Below, in pieces: positions 16,881 to 18,502 of a DNA stretch of 18,502 nucleotides. Source of the stretch: Gemmatimonadota bacterium. GTDB lineage: Bacteria; Gemmatimonadota; Gemmatimonadetes; Gemmatimonadales; GWC2-71-9. A model generated the notes under the pieces. It was not told where the DNA came from. It ran no database searches and was given only the letters and a program-made list of their open reading frames with translations. The stretch is from NCBI GenBank assembly GCA_003221005.1, contig QHTZ01000106.1, positions 1 to 18,502 on the forward strand. Direction: 5' to 3'. Every line of letters starts with the position of its first letter. Position 1 is the first letter of the stretch. The position numbers were made by a program, and so were the translations under genes.

Positions 16881-16945
16881 GAGGCGTTGCCGGTGAAGCG
16901 TGCCAGGTGGAGCGCGCCGAGTAACGCCTCAACCGGCAACGACTC
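16881..16945. repeat. Long imperfect inverted repeat/hairpin after the M28 gene (REP-like element or terminator/processing stem)
   Basis: CGTTGCCGGT (16885-16894) pairs perfectly with ACCGGCAACG (16932-16941) and extends imperfectly both ways. The nearest T-run (16958-16962) is about 12 nt beyond the stem. Confidence 0.6.
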
Positions 16946-17011
16946 ACTCTGCACGCATTTTTCCTACCCCCGCTGCGTTAGTCCGCTCTCCGCACTGTGC
17001 GCTCGTCTCAC

Positions 17012-17026
17012 TACCGTCGGTGCACC
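17012..17026 (+). promoter_or_regulatory. Possible -10 element giving a near-leaderless comEA transcript
   Basis: TACCGT, then CGGTGCACC, then ATG. Same spacing and GCACC as at ctaA and the permease; no SD. Confidence 0.4.
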
Positions 17027-17434
17027 ATGGACGACCGCCGCGCCGCGTTGCTCCTCAGCGTGCTCGCGCTCACGGGCGCCAGCGTGCGCTACGTGATCGC
17101 CCCCAGCGCCGCCGCACCGGGCGACGTCGCGCTCGCCGCCGTCGATACGCCACCGCGCGGCGGACTGCAGGCGACGGCCCGCGCGGCCGCCCGCCTAGCG
17201 CGGCCGCTCCTGCCAGGCGAGCATGTGGACCTGGACCGAGCGGACGTGACCGAGATCACGCGATTGCCGCGCGTCGGCCCGGCGCTCGCGCAGCGCATCG
17301 TCGCCTGGCGCACCGCGCACGGACCGATCGGCACCCTCACACGCCTCGACAGCGTCCCCGGTGTGGGCCCCGGCCTGCTCGAGGCACTGCGTCCATTCGT
17401 CACATTTTCGGGGGTTATCCCGCCCGCGCCTTGA
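17027..17434 (+). CDS. comEA: ComEA-family helix-hairpin-helix DNA-binding protein (~135 aa)
   Basis: N-terminal hydrophobic anchor, VDLDRAD, and two HhH motifs LPRVGPALAQRIV and VPGVGPGLLEAL. Confidence 0.82.
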   Translation: MDDRRAALLLSVLALTGASVRYVIAPSAAAPGDVALAAVDTPPRGGLQATARAAARLARPLLPGEHVDLDRADVTEITRLPRVGPALAQRIVAWRTAHGPIGTLTRLDSVPGVGPGLLEALRPFVTFSGVIPPAP

Positions 17435-17458
17435 CTTGGGTTCGCCGGCCCCTAATTT
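17431..17458 (+). promoter_or_regulatory. Sigma70-type promoter for pilB
   Basis: TTGACT (17431-17436, containing the comEA TGA stop), 16 bp, TAATTT (17453-17458). Confidence 0.55.
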
Positions 17459-17479
17459 AGGTCGTTCAATCTCAACGAG

Positions 17480-18502
17480 TTGCATACGGCGACCGCAGCG
17501 GCCACCACGGACAAGCTGGGTGAAATCCTCGTCCGTGAAGGTCTGATCACCCCGGACCAGCTCAGGAAGGCGCTTCTCGAGCAGAAGGGCTCGGGGATGC
17601 GGCTTGGCTACACCCTGGTGAAGCTCGGGTTTATCGAGGAGACCGAGGTCACCAAGATGCTGGCCCGCCAGTACCGGATGCCGGCGGTGGACCTCTCCCG
17701 CTTCGAGGTCGAGCCCAAGATCCTGAAGCTCCTGACGCCCGACATCGCGATCAAGCACACCGTCCTGCCCCTCAAACGGGAGGGCCGCACCCTCACGATC
17801 GCCATCGCCGACCCGAACAACGTGACGGCGATCGAGGACATCAAGTTCATTACCCGGTGCGACGTGTTCCCGGTGATCGCCGGGGAGTACACCCTGCGCA
17901 ACGCTATCGACCGCTACTACCAGCAGTCCGACGCCCAGCTCCAGACCCTCCTGAAGAGCGTGGAGGCCGCGGAAGAGCTCGAAGTGGTCGAGGAGGCTCA
18001 GGACGAGGACGTCAAGGCGACCGACCTGGCGGACGACGCCCCGGTGGTCAAGCTGATCAACGGATTGCTCACCGACGCGGTCAAGCGGGGCGCTTCGGAC
18101 GTCCACATCGAGCCGTTCGAGCACGAGATGCGGGTGCGCTACCGGGTGGACGGGGCGCTCCAGGAAGTGATGAAGCCCCCCGTCAAGATGCGCGCGGCGC
18201 TCACCTCGCGCGTCAAGATCATGGCCGCTCTGAACATCGCCGAGCGGCGCGTGCCGCAGGACGGACGCATCAAGCTGAAGATGGGTGCGCGGGTGATCGA
18301 CTTCCGGGTGTCGACCCTCCCCGTCCTGTTCGGCGAGAAGATCGTGCTCCGGATCCTCGACAAGGGCAACCTGACACTCGACCTCACGAAGTTTGGGTTC
18401 GAGCCCAAGGCGGAGGAGCACCTGATGCGGGCGATCCTGAACCCGTACGGAATGGTGCTCGTGACGGGGCCGACGGGGTCCGGGAAAACCACGACGCTCT
18501 AC
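17480..18502 (+). CDS. pilB: Type IV-A pilus assembly ATPase PilB (GspE/PulE family) with N-terminal MshEN domain; 3' end runs off the window
   Basis: Not in the ORF track. Manual translation gives DKLGEILVREGLITPDQLRKALLEQ-KGSGM-RLGYTLVKLGFIEETEVTKMLARQ, then DAPVVKLIN, ASDVHIEP, RYRVDG, IAERRVPQDGRI, FRVSTLP, GEKIVLRILD and Walker A GPTGSGKTT at the edge. Start is TTG 17480 or ACG 17486. Confidence 0.92.
   Translation, partial: MHTATAAATTDKLGEILVREGLITPDQLRKALLEQKGSGMRLGYTLVKLGFIEETEVTKMLARQYRMPAVDLSRFEVEPKILKLLTPDIAIKHTVLPLKREGRTLTIAIADPNNVTAIEDIKFITRCDVFPVIAGEYTLRNAIDRYYQQSDAQLQTLLKSVEAAEELEVVEEAQDEDVKATDLADDAPVVKLINGLLTDAVKRGASDVHIEPFEHEMRVRYRVDGALQEVMKPPVKMRAALTSRVKIMAALNIAERRVPQDGRIKLKMGARVIDFRVSTLPVLFGEKIVLRILDKGNLTLDLTKFGFEPKAEEHLMRAILNPYGMVLVTGPTGSGKTTTLY

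Noticed and set aside
16879-17026. SRP RNA, tRNA or other known ncRNA in the M28-comEA gap
   Set aside because: No SRP domain IV motif or cloverleaf is visible; kept only as an inverted repeat.
1-18502. CRISPR array, IS/transposase, integrase, prophage or defence genes
   Set aside because: No regularly spaced direct repeats or such protein motifs were seen; the coding space is explained by envelope and housekeeping genes.

Overview
High-GC bacterial chromosomal segment, densely coding and mostly cell-envelope genes. The gene mix looks like Gemmatimonadota or another non-Bacteroidota FCB-group lineage (inference). Left to right: a partial MsbA/ABCB-like ABC exporter (-) coupled to a CtaA/COX15 heme A synthase (-); a 29-bp symmetric divergent promoter; an APC amino-acid permease (+); an Oar-like TonB-dependent receptor (+) converging on lptG-lptF (-). 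Divergent from lptF is a ~2036-aa SprA/Sov-like type IX secretion translocon gene (+), coupled to an M28-fold lipoprotein with the signature of a bacterial type II glutaminyl cyclase. Next come a ComEA-like helix-hairpin-helix protein and the 5' part of an MshEN-containing PilB ATPase. The best candidate for an undescribed system is the sprA + glutaminyl cyclase unit, which has no T9SS motor genes in the window; both large outer-membrane proteins here are predicted to start with Gln after signal-peptide cleavage. Smaller signals are a palindromic REP-like element in frame inside ctaA, a recurring TAnnnT-GCACC motif near gene starts, a two-state inverted repeat upstream of sprA, and non-ATG starts for lptG and pilB. 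No rRNA, tRNA, CRISPR array or transposase was seen. All calls come from reading motifs by eye; no searches were run.
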